Shown piece after piece: positions 48,951 through 59,155 of a DNA stretch of 64,000 nucleotides. The stretch covers positions 1 to 64,000 of the forward strand of contig CDROCS010003176.1 of NCBI GenBank assembly GCA_977020255.1. The letters run 5' to 3'. Each line of letters starts with the position of its first letter. The stretch's first letter is position 1. The notes beneath the pieces were generated by a model. The model was not told the origin of the DNA. It saw nothing but the letters and a program-made list of their open reading frames with translations, and searched no databases. Made by a program: the position numbers and the translations under genes. This DNA is from Obrimoposthia wandeli (taxonomy: Eukaryota).

Positions 48951-50420
48951 ATGTGGAATAGACTTAACAAGTCAATGATGGTGTGCCAAATGATGTTTGG
49001 CCTCTCTTTCTATGGCGTCATGGTTATTTTAACCCGCTTTTTCTTAGAAGACCTTGGTTACAGTGAAGCAGATACCATGATGGTTGTGGGTGCGTTTTCA
49101 TCTATTGGCCCTCTTTTTGCTATCGCTGGTGGATTCATAGCGGATAAATTTTTAGGTTCTTACCGCTCTTTAACGATCAGTTATTTCGGATTTGCTCTAG
49201 GTTACACATTATTAGTATTAGGCGCCTCAACCAACAATGTACCGATGAGCCTTGTTGGTATTGCACTCGCGAGTTACTCTCGTGGCCTTATGTCTCCTTC
49301 ATACCCAAGCCTCTTTAAACGCACATTTAAAACTGAAGAAGAATTCGAAAATGGTTATCCGGTAAACTATTCAGTTAATAATATCGGTGCACTTTTTGGA
49401 CAATACCTATTCCCAATGTTCGTTCTCGCTATTGGGTTTAATGGCAGCTTTATGTTATCTGCCTCTATGGCATTTGTGGCATTCATCATTCTGGTTATTT
49501 CTCATAAACCTCTATTAACAGTTGGTGCAGAAATAGATCAACAACCCGTTAGCCCTAAGAACTGGCTACTATTCTGCCTTGTTTCTCTTGGTATGATTGG
49601 TCTTGTTTTCTTCATGTTCTCAAACATGGATATTGGACAAAACATTGTTTACGCGATAGGTGCAGCTGCAATTTTATACTTCATTTCTTTAATGATTAAA
49701 GCGAATAAAGCTGACGCATTAAAAATGGGTACAATATTAATAATGACGGTACTAACAACAGCATTCTTTGTTTACTACGGCCAGATGATGACATCGATGA
49801 CCATGGTAACAATCAATACTATGCGTGGTGATCTGTTCGGATTTATTCCTATTGCGCCTGAAGCGTCAATGGCAATGAACCCACTATGGTGTATTCTTGG
49901 TGGCCCCGTTATTGCGATGACGTTCACTGCTTTAGAAAAACGTAATATCAACTTTTCAACCGCAACAAAGGTCGGCTTCGCGTTTATTCTAACCGCTATC
50001 GCATTTGGTATTCTTACCCTTGCTGTAATCTCTGTTGGCCCTGAAGCCGTTATTCGTCCTGAAGTATTCTTAGCGATTCACTTCTTCCAAGCATTTGCTG
50101 AAGTGATTGTAGGCAGTATGGTTGTCGCCTTTATTCTGTCTGTTGCACCTAAGCATATTGAAAACTTCTCGGTAAGCTTATTCTCAGTCGCAATTGCGTT
50201 AAGTGGTATCGTGGGGGCGGTATTCTCTACGTCGATTGCACTTGAAAAAGGCCAGGCTATTACACAAGAAATCGTACAAACAGTGTATGGTGACTACTTC
50301 AGCCTGCTTACTATGCTAGCTGTCGTGATGGTATTAGTGGCATTTTTTGCCTCTTTCATTATCCGCAAGATGCTAGAAAAAAGTGCAGAATCTGAAAAAA
50401 TGGTACTGTCAGAAGCATAA
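48951..50420 (+). CDS. POT/PTR family peptide:H+ symporter (MFS)
   Basis: FGLSFYG, GGFIADKFLG.YRSL, YSVNNIGA, FYVYYGQM, MNPLW. Confidence 0.85.
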   Translation: MWNRLNKSMMVCQMMFGLSFYGVMVILTRFFLEDLGYSEADTMMVVGAFSSIGPLFAIAGGFIADKFLGSYRSLTISYFGFALGYTLLVLGASTNNVPMSLVGIALASYSRGLMSPSYPSLFKRTFKTEEEFENGYPVNYSVNNIGALFGQYLFPMFVLAIGFNGSFMLSASMAFVAFIILVISHKPLLTVGAEIDQQPVSPKNWLLFCLVSLGMIGLVFFMFSNMDIGQNIVYAIGAAAILYFISLMIKANKADALKMGTILIMTVLTTAFFVYYGQMMTSMTMVTINTMRGDLFGFIPIAPEASMAMNPLWCILGGPVIAMTFTALEKRNINFSTATKVGFAFILTAIAFGILTLAVISVGPEAVIRPEVFLAIHFFQAFAEVIVGSMVVAFILSVAPKHIENFSVSLFSVAIALSGIVGAVFSTSIALEKGQAITQEIVQTVYGDYFSLLTMLAVVMVLVAFFASFIIRKMLEKSAESEKMVLSEA

Positions 50421-50453
50421 TAAGCGAGTGTCGTTTTAAAGATGTTTCATGCT

Positions 50454-50479
50454 AAAGCCTCCTTCTTGGAGGCTTTTTT
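50454..50479 (+). terminator. Terminator after the POT transporter gene
   Basis: AAAGCCTCC-ttctt-GGAGGC-T6. Confidence 0.85.
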
Positions 50480-50782
50480 CATGGGGAATATATAATGAGT
50501 AACTATCTGTAGCTGTGAAACTTTTACTGATAGCGAACGTATGCCACCCGTTCATTCGTCTCCTTTTCATTTTACCTTTAAAAACCTGCTTGTTTATCCC
50601 TGTAGTAGCGCCTAGTATATCGACCTTAAATAAACGGGTTCTTATACTCTGCAATATCTCACATCCGTTTATTATCTGCTGAAATTTGAATACCGATACA
50701 TCTACTGATGTTATTCATCAAAAGCATCATGCGTCGTGAGCATTTAATCACCACGGCACTTCAACACAATGGACATTTAGCT

Positions 50783-51379
50783 ATGCGCGCTTTTGTATTA
50801 CGAGCCAGATCTGCCCCTACCAATAGTCAACTGTTATTAGAATCAGTCGGCCAAGAAGCCCATACTGAAATTTTGGCTCATACCTTAATGAACGCTATAT
50901 TTGTGGCTCAATCTCACCGTGACGATGTTGTTGTGCATTTAGTATTGGAAAGCACGCAAGATTTCTCTCGTACTATTAGCTTTACTTCAAGTGAAATCAC
51001 TAACATTGGTGGTTTTCACGAGCAAGCATTACTCGCTAAAATAGCCAGAGCTTTAGATTTGTCACAAGGCATGACGAAAGAGCAAGAACGTAAAGTTGAA
51101 CCCGGTATTACCGTTCGTACCATCAGCTTCGAAAAGCTTGTTCAAGAATTAGCAGAAGATTACCAGCTATTCATGATGGACAAAAAAGGCACTAATATTC
51201 GTGAGCAAGAATTCGAAGGCAACCCTTGTTTCTTGTTGACCGACCATATTCCAATGCCCAAGAAAAGCTTTAACAGCTTAAAACGCCTTGGTGCAACAAA
51301 GATCAGCCTTGGGCCTAAGATGCTGTTTGCATCACAGTGTGTGGTGCTGATCCACAATGAATTAGATATTAATATGTAA
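50783..51379 (+). CDS. trmY: SPOUT methyltransferase, TrmY (pseudouridine N1-methyltransferase) family
   Basis: MRAFVLRAR, AIFVAQSHR.DVVVHLVL, PCFLLTDHIP, ISLGPKMLFASQCVVLIHNELD; start ATG 50783. Confidence 0.85.
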   Translation: MRAFVLRARSAPTNSQLLLESVGQEAHTEILAHTLMNAIFVAQSHRDDVVVHLVLESTQDFSRTISFTSSEITNIGGFHEQALLAKIARALDLSQGMTKEQERKVEPGITVRTISFEKLVQELAEDYQLFMMDKKGTNIREQEFEGNPCFLLTDHIPMPKKSFNSLKRLGATKISLGPKMLFASQCVVLIHNELDINM

Positions 51380-51472
51380 TGCTAATGAACGGCATCTCTT
51401 GTCGTTCATATTTTGCTTTCACATATAAAACGCAGTTACACTAAACATAGATAAAACTATGGATTGATTAAT

Positions 51473-52900
51473 ATGCGTATTTTGGTTTTACTCTTCACCT
51501 GCTTTGCTATTTTGTCTTGTTCTAGTACACCAAGATCAACGATAAACTATTCAGCAACCCAACAAAGCTGTGTGAATGAGCTAATCCAATTTAAACAAAC
51601 CGTTAAAACACAAGGCGTTCAAGATGCACAACTATTCTGGACTCCCGAGTATCCCTCGCTTGCTTTTGATCGCTTTACCGTAGCATTAATCCCTCAATTA
51701 ACATCCGATCTAAGTAAAACACAATGGTTAAACCGTGTATCTCGACAAGCTGAGATTCAACGAGAAATTGAATACAAAAATTTACTCAACAAACAAGCAA
51801 TCAATTTTGAACGCCAAGAAATCTGTGCCAAACAATTAACAGTATCGTTAACGACAAACGACCAGTTCTGGTCACTATTACAACAACATCCGCCAATTAT
51901 CGCATCTAATTACCAAAACTGGCAGCGTATTGTCGGTCTTTACCCTGCGAGTAAACTCTTCGCTACGCCTTCTATTAATAAAGAAAAAAAGCGTATATTA
52001 AGTGGATTTATTAAGCCTGTAGATAATGACACGATCGCTTATGCTATGCCTGATAAACCAAGATTAACGCAGCCAGAAATACAAAGCTGGTTTGCACAAA
52101 CAGTGGTTGGTACTGATCTTCACTGGCCCTTGCTAACAGATGATCAACTCACCCAATTATTGGCTTTTTATACCCCTGAATTTATTGTCGAATCTGTATC
52201 GCTTGATGATAAGCCCGGCTTAGTAACATACGTTTCAGATGATCAGGCAGCAGTTAATACTAATGAACCGATTGTTTATCTCGACCATAGTTTCACTCAG
52301 TTCCATGGCAGAATATTACTCCAACTGAATTACAGCCTCTGGTTTGCAAACCGTACTGCCACATCTTCTTTCGATCCCTATGCGGGTAAATTTGATGGTG
52401 TACTATTCAGGCTAACATTGGATGAACAAGGAAAACCCTACATTCTTGATAGCATTCATCATTGTGGTTGTTACCATATGGTTTTTGCATTAAATAAAGA
52501 ATTAAAGTTTGCACCAACAAGTGCCAAGATTGAGCCCCCCACTAGCCTGCATATATACCAACCGCAAAGTGCCAATACATTAAAAATCAGATTATCCAGT
52601 GGAGAGCATATGATTAACGATGTGCGCTGGGGAGAAAGTAATGCTTCCGCTCGCCACTTAACCGCACGCAATTATCAACACTTACGTAGCTTACCAATAC
52701 CAAATGGACAAAATAAAAGCCTGTTTGATAAGAACGGAATGCTACCGAGCAGTCAACGATTAGAGCGCTTCTACTTATGGCCATTTGGTGTAGCATCGCC
52801 CGGAACAACCCGTCAAATAGGTAAGCATGCTATCGCCTTTATTGGTGAAAGACACTTTGATGACGTCAATATCTTCGACACTCTATTCCTGAATCCGTAA
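51473..52900 (+). CDS. Uncharacterised lipoprotein (475 aa)
   Basis: Lipobox AILSC; HHCGCYH motif; C-terminal ERFYLWPFGV.SPG..RQ.G.HA.AFIGERHFDD. Confidence 0.75.
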   Translation: MRILVLLFTCFAILSCSSTPRSTINYSATQQSCVNELIQFKQTVKTQGVQDAQLFWTPEYPSLAFDRFTVALIPQLTSDLSKTQWLNRVSRQAEIQREIEYKNLLNKQAINFERQEICAKQLTVSLTTNDQFWSLLQQHPPIIASNYQNWQRIVGLYPASKLFATPSINKEKKRILSGFIKPVDNDTIAYAMPDKPRLTQPEIQSWFAQTVVGTDLHWPLLTDDQLTQLLAFYTPEFIVESVSLDDKPGLVTYVSDDQAAVNTNEPIVYLDHSFTQFHGRILLQLNYSLWFANRTATSSFDPYAGKFDGVLFRLTLDEQGKPYILDSIHHCGCYHMVFALNKELKFAPTSAKIEPPTSLHIYQPQSANTLKIRLSSGEHMINDVRWGESNASARHLTARNYQHLRSLPIPNGQNKSLFDKNGMLPSSQRLERFYLWPFGVASPGTTRQIGKHAIAFIGERHFDDVNIFDTLFLNP

Positions 52901-52913
52901 TATTTAGCGTGTT

Positions 52914-52937
52914 TATACCCAAGCTACCTTAAGATGC
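52914..52937 (+). repeat. Repeat family 1, terminal copy
   Basis: TATACCCAAGCTACCTTAAGATGC, 23/24 identical to 12017-12040. Confidence 0.75.
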
Positions 52938-53313
52938 TGAATCACTCTCGAAGGGGGATTTTTGTTAGGGTATATATGGTAATAAATAGACCAGCATTCT
53001 ATTTATTCACGACAGCGAATGCCTTACTAGCAATGCATAGCTAAATGCGTTACATTTTATTTGTTATTCTCATCCCAGTTTTGATAGAAAGCATTTTTAT
53101 TTTGTCGAGCGCTAGCATTAAGCACTTAACTAGCTGTATTAATTAATAAATAAATTCAAATTTATAAAGCTTTTTATATAATGCACTGCTTTCTGCCCCC
53201 TTCCTCATCTAACTGACAGACACAATACACCCATAAATATAAAACCGTTAAATAACAGAATCATAATTTTAATTTATGCTAAATATTAGGTCACAACGAT
53301 AGAATTTAAAGAC

Positions 53314-53400
53314 AAAAAAAACTCCGTTCTGGGAAACGGAGCCATAAATAAAACTATCCTACTCATACAGTAATAATTATATGCGTAAAGTTTCATCAAT
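53314..53400 (-). ncRNA. Candidate small RNA (about 87 nt)
   Basis: Minus-strand TTGCGA-16bp-TAAAAT (53434-53407), AU-rich body, CTCCGTT/AACGGAG hairpin plus U8; no minus-strand gene to explain the terminator. Confidence 0.45.
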
Positions 53401-53454
53401 GCCTATATTTTAATACACACGTTAACTTTCGCAATTAAGCGCACGGTGACTGTA

Positions 53455-53745
53455 ATGACTAAAAAAGCCAATTTCAAAAAGAACGGAATTTATTGGGAGC
53501 TATATGAAAGCCCTGATGAGATCGTACAATTTCTTGATTCTGAATCTGAATTTGCTCAAACCGCAATGAAGATATCTCTAACCCATGCCTATTTACGCGT
53601 TAATGATGTAGCAGAACTGAGTAAAGGCGCATTTGATACATTAGATAACAAAGAAAAATTTCTTCTACTAAAAGAAATGAATCATGATCAAACAGACGCA
53701 TTAACCCGATTTGTGATGGGGCATTTTTATCATTACATATCCTAG
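53455..53745 (+). CDS. Hypothetical protein (96 aa)
   Basis: Clean intergenic ORF, ATG 53455; no family recognised. Confidence 0.6.
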   Translation: MTKKANFKKNGIYWELYESPDEIVQFLDSESEFAQTAMKISLTHAYLRVNDVAELSKGAFDTLDNKEKFLLLKEMNHDQTDALTRFVMGHFYHYIS

Positions 53746-53771
53746 ATGCGTGTATTTTTGATTAAAGCTTT

Positions 53772-53900
53772 TATACCCAAATTGCAACAGGATTCAAAGT
53801 GATTTCAGCGTGTTTAATTCAAGGTAAATGTGTCATAGGAATAACACTCCCTTTCAAACACATTATCACAGAAGTAGTTACGCTGAGTCACTCCAAAGGG
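53772..53900 (+). repeat. Degenerate repeat family 1-related element
   Basis: TATACCCAA terminus plus CAGGATTCA.A.TG.T.TCAGCG shared with the 55597 copy; right boundary uncertain. Confidence 0.5.
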
Positions 53901-54069
53901 CGCGTTTTATTGAAGGAAATTAGGTACATCTACACCTGATCTGATTTACCCGCAGCATTCGCAAGCTTTACAAGCTGCAGATCAAACCAAAAAAACTTTT
54001 TATTAATAGGCTTCAATACGGTCGAAATAGTGCTGGCATCTCAGTTTCAGTAGGCATAGAATGCCCCTG

Positions 54070-54186
54070 TTTGGGGAGTAGTCACCAATTGTTCGTCTGT
54101 CGTCATCACGAAGCCCCATGCTTCCGGCAGCCGAGAATGGATTTGTTTCTGTAAAACAGTAAACACCATTCTGACGAGACCAACGC
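54070..54186 (+). ncRNA. yybP-ykoY manganese riboswitch
   Basis: GGGGAGTAG...CGTCATCAC...GACGAGACC core upstream of a TerC/Alx gene. Confidence 0.85.
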
Positions 54187-54289
54187 CATTATTTACTGCA
54201 TGTTTTGTGTAGTGTTTTTGATGCGCGGAAGGTCATTAGTCACATCTAATATCCATACCCTTCCGCGTTCGTTTGGAAGGATAAAAACT

Positions 54290-55243
54290 ATGAGCCTTTT
54301 TAGTTATGAAGGTTTCGCTATATTAACAGTACTTATGCTCGCGCTGGATTTGTATCAGACTCGCGGTGGTAAAGTTACTATCAAAAAAGCAGCAATCTGG
54401 AGTCTTTTCTGGGTCGTACTTGCGTTACTTTTCAATGCTGTTATCTATTTATACTGGCCATTAATGGCGCCAGAAAGTAGCTATACCAATGGTCAAGCTG
54501 CCACTGCATTCTTAACAGGTTATTTACTTGAAAAGTCGTTAAGTGTCGATAATCTATTTGTTTTTGCTCTTATATTTGGTCAATTTTCTGTACCTGCGCA
54601 TTTACGCCCTCGCGTACTGATGCTAGGTGTTGTTGGCGCCCTGATTCTTCGTGGCATAATGATAGCCGTTGGCGCTCAGCTTCTTAATGAGTTCCACTGG
54701 GTTCTATATATCTTCGCGGCCTTTCTGCTCTATACCGGTTACAAACTATGGAAAGAAGGTGAAGAAGAACCAGAAGATTTTTCTAACAGCTTGCCAGTTC
54801 GCTTAGTGAAACGATTCTTCCGCGTAAGTGATGAATATCAAGGCAATAAAATGTTAGTGAAAGACAACAAAGGCTGGATAGCGACACCACTCATGATTGT
54901 GGTTGCTGTTATTGCATTAACTGATGTTATGTTTGCGCTTGATTCGATTCCTGCCATCTTTGCCGTTACTCGAGAACCGTTTTTAGTCTTTACTGCTAAC
55001 GTATTCGCACTATTAGGCTTACGTTCGTTGTATTTCGTGTTGGAAGGTATGCTGACACGTTTCTGTTACCTACGTGTAGCACTGGCATTCATTCTTAGCT
55101 TCATTGGCATCAAGATGCTGTTAATGGAAACTGTATGGGCAATTCCAACCCCAGTATCTTTAGCGGTGATTGCACTGAGTATAACGACGGCTATTGTGGC
55201 GTCGCTTTGGAAAACTCGTGATCACCTTGAACAAACACAATAA
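54290..55243 (+). CDS. alx: TerC/Alx family Mn2+ exporter
   Basis: FLTGYLLEKSLSVDNLFVF, DVMFALDSIPAIFAVT, NVFALLGLRSLYF; start ATG 54290. Confidence 0.9.
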   Translation: MSLFSYEGFAILTVLMLALDLYQTRGGKVTIKKAAIWSLFWVVLALLFNAVIYLYWPLMAPESSYTNGQAATAFLTGYLLEKSLSVDNLFVFALIFGQFSVPAHLRPRVLMLGVVGALILRGIMIAVGAQLLNEFHWVLYIFAAFLLYTGYKLWKEGEEEPEDFSNSLPVRLVKRFFRVSDEYQGNKMLVKDNKGWIATPLMIVVAVIALTDVMFALDSIPAIFAVTREPFLVFTANVFALLGLRSLYFVLEGMLTRFCYLRVALAFILSFIGIKMLLMETVWAIPTPVSLAVIALSITTAIVASLWKTRDHLEQTQ

Positions 55244-55281
55244 TAAGATGTGTTTTTGATGCAACAGTGGCATTTATACCT

Positions 55282-55312
55282 AAAAAGGCTTGCTGGTTAG
55301 CAAGCCTTTTTT
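55282..55312 (+). terminator. alx terminator
   Basis: AAAAAGGCTTGCT-ggtt-AGCAAGCC-T6. Confidence 0.9.
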
Positions 55313-55596
55313 ATCGCTAAACTGTCCATCCTGAGATAAGTTGACACATTCAAACCACTCTTTAGAGAGTAATCATTATCCCCTTTTAAATACAAGCCTA
55401 TAGTAAACTGTTTGAATTGTAAGCAAATGTAGCATTGTCTTACAGGTATATCTCTATTATTAAAATCATATATAGACCAATATCTATGTTTTTATTACGC
55501 AAAGGATACTCTGTAAACATTTCGTGTAATATTTGAAATTGAAATCAGCGTTTTCATTGCTGAGGATACATGAGTTTATTGTTGTCATAATATCCA

Positions 55597-55665
55597 ATAC
55601 CCAAGCTACCTCAAGATACAGGATTCAGAATGTTCTCAGCGAGCATCTGGAGGCAACTTGGGTAT
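55597..55665. mobile_element. Repeat family 1, complete 69-bp MITE-like copy
   Basis: ATACCCAAGCTACCTCAAGAT ... ATCTGGAGGCAACTTGGGTAT imperfect terminal inverted repeats. Confidence 0.8.
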
Positions 55666-55736
55666 GCACCCTAGTGATGCTCATTCATGTTTATTGGTTA
55701 GGTCTTTCTCGCTGAAATGGCATAAAGGTACGAATT

Positions 55737-57302
55737 ATGAAAAAAATAATATTAATTGTTGTCTGTCTAATGTTTGCAATTGCTGCAATAACAAGCGTTA
55801 CCTCAACCTCTTATATATCTCATCAAGAAATTGATAAGATCATTTTAAAAAAATCTCAGGCACAAGCGGAGTTGTTAGCTAAAAATGTAGAATATGTATT
55901 GAGTACATCTCCGAAGCCTTTAGATGATTTACAAGACTTAGTCCAATCACTCAAAAGTCGTTCAGATATTAGCTATGCCATCGTAATTAACAAAAATGTT
56001 AAAGCGATTGCTCATAGTGATATTGAAAAATTAAACAAAACCTATAGTGACAATTATACCGTTGATGGAGCCACTACAGGAAAAGCACAACATTCAAAGT
56101 GGTATGCAGATATACAGGGTGTTTGGGTGTACGACATTTTGACACCTGTTTATGTTGATGGGAAATTATACGGTACTTTCGATGTGGGTATCCCTATCAC
56201 TGAAGTCAGTGAAGCGGCGAAAGGCATTGTAATTACTCAGTTAATCGCCATCTTAGCTATCTTCTCTATCTGTGGCTGTATACTTATGTGGCTACTAGGC
56301 AAACTGTTAAGACCGCTTTCCGGATTACAATATGCGCTAGAAAATATTTCTAAAGGCGATGGCGATCTGACCATTCGACTACCCGTACGTGGCAACGATG
56401 AGATCGCCCATATTTCTACAGCCTTCAATATATTTGTGGGCAAAATCAATGACATTATTGGTCAAGTAGTCAATACCGGAACAGAGCTAGGTCATTCTGC
56501 AACTGAACTTCATAGCCAATCTCAGAAAGCACTATCACGAGGTCACGAACAAAGCGAACAGTCTTTATTAGTCGTGACTTCGATGAATGAAATGATCGCA
56601 ACAATTGGTGAAATTTCTCAAAATGCAGCAAGTGCCGCAGAATCTGCAGAGAGCGCCAACGTCGAGACTCAGGAAGGACAAAAAATCTTACAGGAAGCAA
56701 CCAGTAGCATTACAAATCTTGCTTCTCAAATGAACAATATGTCAGAGGTAATTACTTCCTTAGCAGACAGAACACAATCCATAGGGTCTATTCTTGACGT
56801 TATTCGAAATATTTCAAACCAAACTAACCTCTTGGCGTTAAATGCGGCCATTGAGGCTGCACGGGCTGGTGAAGCTGGTCGTGGTTTTGCTGTTGTTGCA
56901 GATGAAGTAAGAAACCTTGCGACCAAGACGGCTCAATCCACTAATGAAATTCAAAATATGATTGATCAACTGCAAAATGAAGCCAAAAACGCTGTTAATG
57001 CGATGGACAGTAGCAAATCATTAACAGTAGAAGGCTCTTTAGCAACTGAAAAAGCTCAGCAAGCCCTTGAACAAATTTCAGCACAGATCATGACGATACT
57101 TGATATGAATACGCAAGTTGCTACTGCTACTGAAGAGCAATCTAGCGTTGCCAATGAAATCAACCTCAACATGGACACTGTGGATAGTTCGGTAAAAGTT
57201 GGTCTAACTGCTAGTCAAGAGTTGGAAAGATCAAGCCAGAACTTATCTGAGCTTGCTCAGACACTCGATCATCATGTTGGCTCTTTTAAAATTAGCCACT
57301 AA
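55737..57302 (+). CDS. Methyl-accepting chemotaxis protein
   Basis: TM-sensor-TM-HAMP (GDGDLT.RL...DEIA); signalling motif [31 protein letters not shown]. Confidence 0.95.
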   Translation: MKKIILIVVCLMFAIAAITSVTSTSYISHQEIDKIILKKSQAQAELLAKNVEYVLSTSPKPLDDLQDLVQSLKSRSDISYAIVINKNVKAIAHSDIEKLNKTYSDNYTVDGATTGKAQHSKWYADIQGVWVYDILTPVYVDGKLYGTFDVGIPITEVSEAAKGIVITQLIAILAIFSICGCILMWLLGKLLRPLSGLQYALENISKGDGDLTIRLPVRGNDEIAHISTAFNIFVGKINDIIGQVVNTGTELGHSATELHSQSQKALSRGHEQSEQSLLVVTSMNEMIATIGEISQNAASAAESAESANVETQEGQKILQEATSSITNLASQMNNMSEVITSLADRTQSIGSILDVIRNISNQTNLLALNAAIEAARAGEAGRGFAVVADEVRNLATKTAQSTNEIQNMIDQLQNEAKNAVNAMDSSKSLTVEGSLATEKAQQALEQISAQIMTILDMNTQVATATEEQSSVANEINLNMDTVDSSVKVGLTASQELERSSQNLSELAQTLDHHVGSFKISH

Positions 57303-57319
57303 CATGTAGAGGCTTTAAA

Positions 57320-57351
57320 TTAGCCCCTTTTTTATTAGGGGCTTTATTTTA
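57320..57351. terminator. Terminator after the MCP gene
   Basis: AGCCCCT..AGGGGCT followed by TTATTTT. Confidence 0.7.
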
Positions 57352-57371
57352 TTCACAAGACGACAGAGATG

Positions 57372-57414
57372 ACTCTGAATCCTATATCTTTCATCTTGAG
57401 GTCGCTTGGGCATA
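57372..57414 (-). repeat. Repeat family 1, terminal copy
   Basis: Reverse strand TATGCCCAAGCGACCTCAAGATG..AGGATTCAGAG. Confidence 0.7.
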
Positions 57415-57418
57415 CACC

Positions 57419-59155
57419 CTATCTACGATAGTTTTTCATAGATATAAATTGAGAATCGATCGCTTCTTTTTGCGGGCTATCATACCCGTAAATATCTTCA
57501 CGCATTTGTAGGGTATTCTTTTCATCAACCCACGCAGTAAGATAAACAAAATCGACACCTAAACGCTGAGATAGCCTAACTGTGTCTACATCGCCATCTT
57601 TCAACATTGTATTAATCGGTTCAATATTCTTACGTTTTTGGAAATCGATAATAAAATTGGCTAAATCATACGCTTTTTCGACACGCACACAGCCAGAGCT
57701 GAGGTTCCGCTTAGATTTATTAAACAAGCCTCGGGCGGGCGTGTCATGTAGATAAATAGAATAATCATTTGGCATTAAAAACTTAACACGGCCTAAAGAA
57801 TTACTTGGACCAGGCCCTTGCTGAAACTCATAGGGGAACGTTTTAGGATTTACACTAGACCAATCTATTTGATCTGCCGGAATTTCAGTACGATCACGCC
57901 AGCTATTCAATATCCGCATATTGTGCTTAGCTAAGTAATCACGAGAATGTTTCACTTTAGGAATGACATCTTTTCGTTTGATCGTTTCAGGCACATTCCA
58001 TGTTGGGTTTACCACCATGGTATTGATTGCTGATGAAAACAAATTAGTTGGACGGCTTGTTCGGCCAACAATCACTTTTGATTCAAAAATCACATTACCT
58101 TGATCAAAAATTTTCAGCATATAATCAGGAATATTCACCCAAATATGTGGCTGGTTATCAATTACATTGATATTACGAAAGCGCTGTATATTTAAAGCAA
58201 CTCTACGTGCAATATCAGTATATGGCATCACTACCTGGGCTGTGGTTGCCACACCGATAACGCCATCATCCGCTAATCCATTACGTCGTTGAAAGCGCTT
58301 AATCGCCTCTAGCATTGTACCGCTGTTTGTTATCGTTGGCATTTGTGTAATGAACGTGTACTCAGCTTCCGTTAGGTCATTTAAATTAAATAGCACCTTA
58401 GCCAGATCTTTACCTGCAACAATAACATCACCTTTGCGGATAAGTCCTTTCAGATCAGAGGGTATCAAACTGTGGGGCGGCAATTGCTGTAATCTTTCAA
58501 TTACAGACATGCTTTGCTCAAAAGGAATATTGGCAGGACGAGTAAGTGTCAGTTTGTCTATTGTTATCGGAAAATAATGCCGTGTATTTAACGCATTAGC
58601 CTGTATCGAAAAATTAACAGGCTTCAACGTAAACAAGGTACTTCTATTACGCTGAATCGTATTCAAATACGTTCGGTAAACAAAATAACTATCTGTAGCA
58701 AGTAAATCATATGCTCGCTGGTCATTACGTTTACCAAGCAAGTACAACTCATCTAAACGATTTTTAAGCCCAGCAACCATTCCTGTATCGACCACGGATT
58801 TTAGCTGTAATTCAAACTCCCGTCGTTGCTCGGGGTTTTGCCACAGTGGATAAAAATGATTATCTGCATAGGCTTGCTCTGTCAGCGTCTTAAAGCACAC
58901 TGTTGACCCTGAATTAGGGCATAGCTGTCGACTGCTATTTACCGTAATCGCATTAAGATAAGACCAATCAACATGGCTTGTGGGTAAATTAGCATTAATT
59001 GGTGCGAGTGGTTTTACTGAAAAGTCAGGGGTATCTATCGACGAGCGATCTGAAAAAACACCCGACTCTACCGCAAAGGCACTACTAGAAATAAAAAAAG
59101 ATAACGCAACAAGAGTGCTGAAACGTTGAATAACAATTCGCTTATAATTAAACAT
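57419..59155 (-). CDS. ldtD: L,D-transpeptidase, YcbB/LdtD-like
   Basis: PG-binding AIKRFQRRNGL.DDGVIG, VNIPDY, NP.WNVP, YkuD catalytic IYLHDTP..SSGCVRV. Confidence 0.88.
   Translation of the reverse strand: MFNYKRIVIQRFSTLVALSFFISSSAFAVESGVFSDRSSIDTPDFSVKPLAPINANLPTSHVDWSYLNAITVNSSRQLCPNSGSTVCFKTLTEQAYADNHFYPLWQNPEQRREFELQLKSVVDTGMVAGLKNRLDELYLLGKRNDQRAYDLLATDSYFVYRTYLNTIQRNRSTLFTLKPVNFSIQANALNTRHYFPITIDKLTLTRPANIPFEQSMSVIERLQQLPPHSLIPSDLKGLIRKGDVIVAGKDLAKVLFNLNDLTEAEYTFITQMPTITNSGTMLEAIKRFQRRNGLADDGVIGVATTAQVVMPYTDIARRVALNIQRFRNINVIDNQPHIWVNIPDYMLKIFDQGNVIFESKVIVGRTSRPTNLFSSAINTMVVNPTWNVPETIKRKDVIPKVKHSRDYLAKHNMRILNSWRDRTEIPADQIDWSSVNPKTFPYEFQQGPGPSNSLGRVKFLMPNDYSIYLHDTPARGLFNKSKRNLSSGCVRVEKAYDLANFIIDFQKRKNIEPINTMLKDGDVDTVRLSQRLGVDFVYLTAWVDEKNTLQMREDIYGYDSPQKEAIDSQFISMKNYRR

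Noticed and set aside
50436-50654. 72-aa minus-strand ORF between the POT gene and trmY
   Set aside because: Runs through the POT terminator; no RBS or family signal
53286-53396. 36-codon minus-strand ORF within the candidate sRNA
   Set aside because: ATG is only about 4 nt from the predicted TSS, has no RBS, and the frame crosses the terminator
55533-55715. 60-aa ORF upstream of the MCP
   Set aside because: TTG start with no RBS, and it spans the 69-bp MITE
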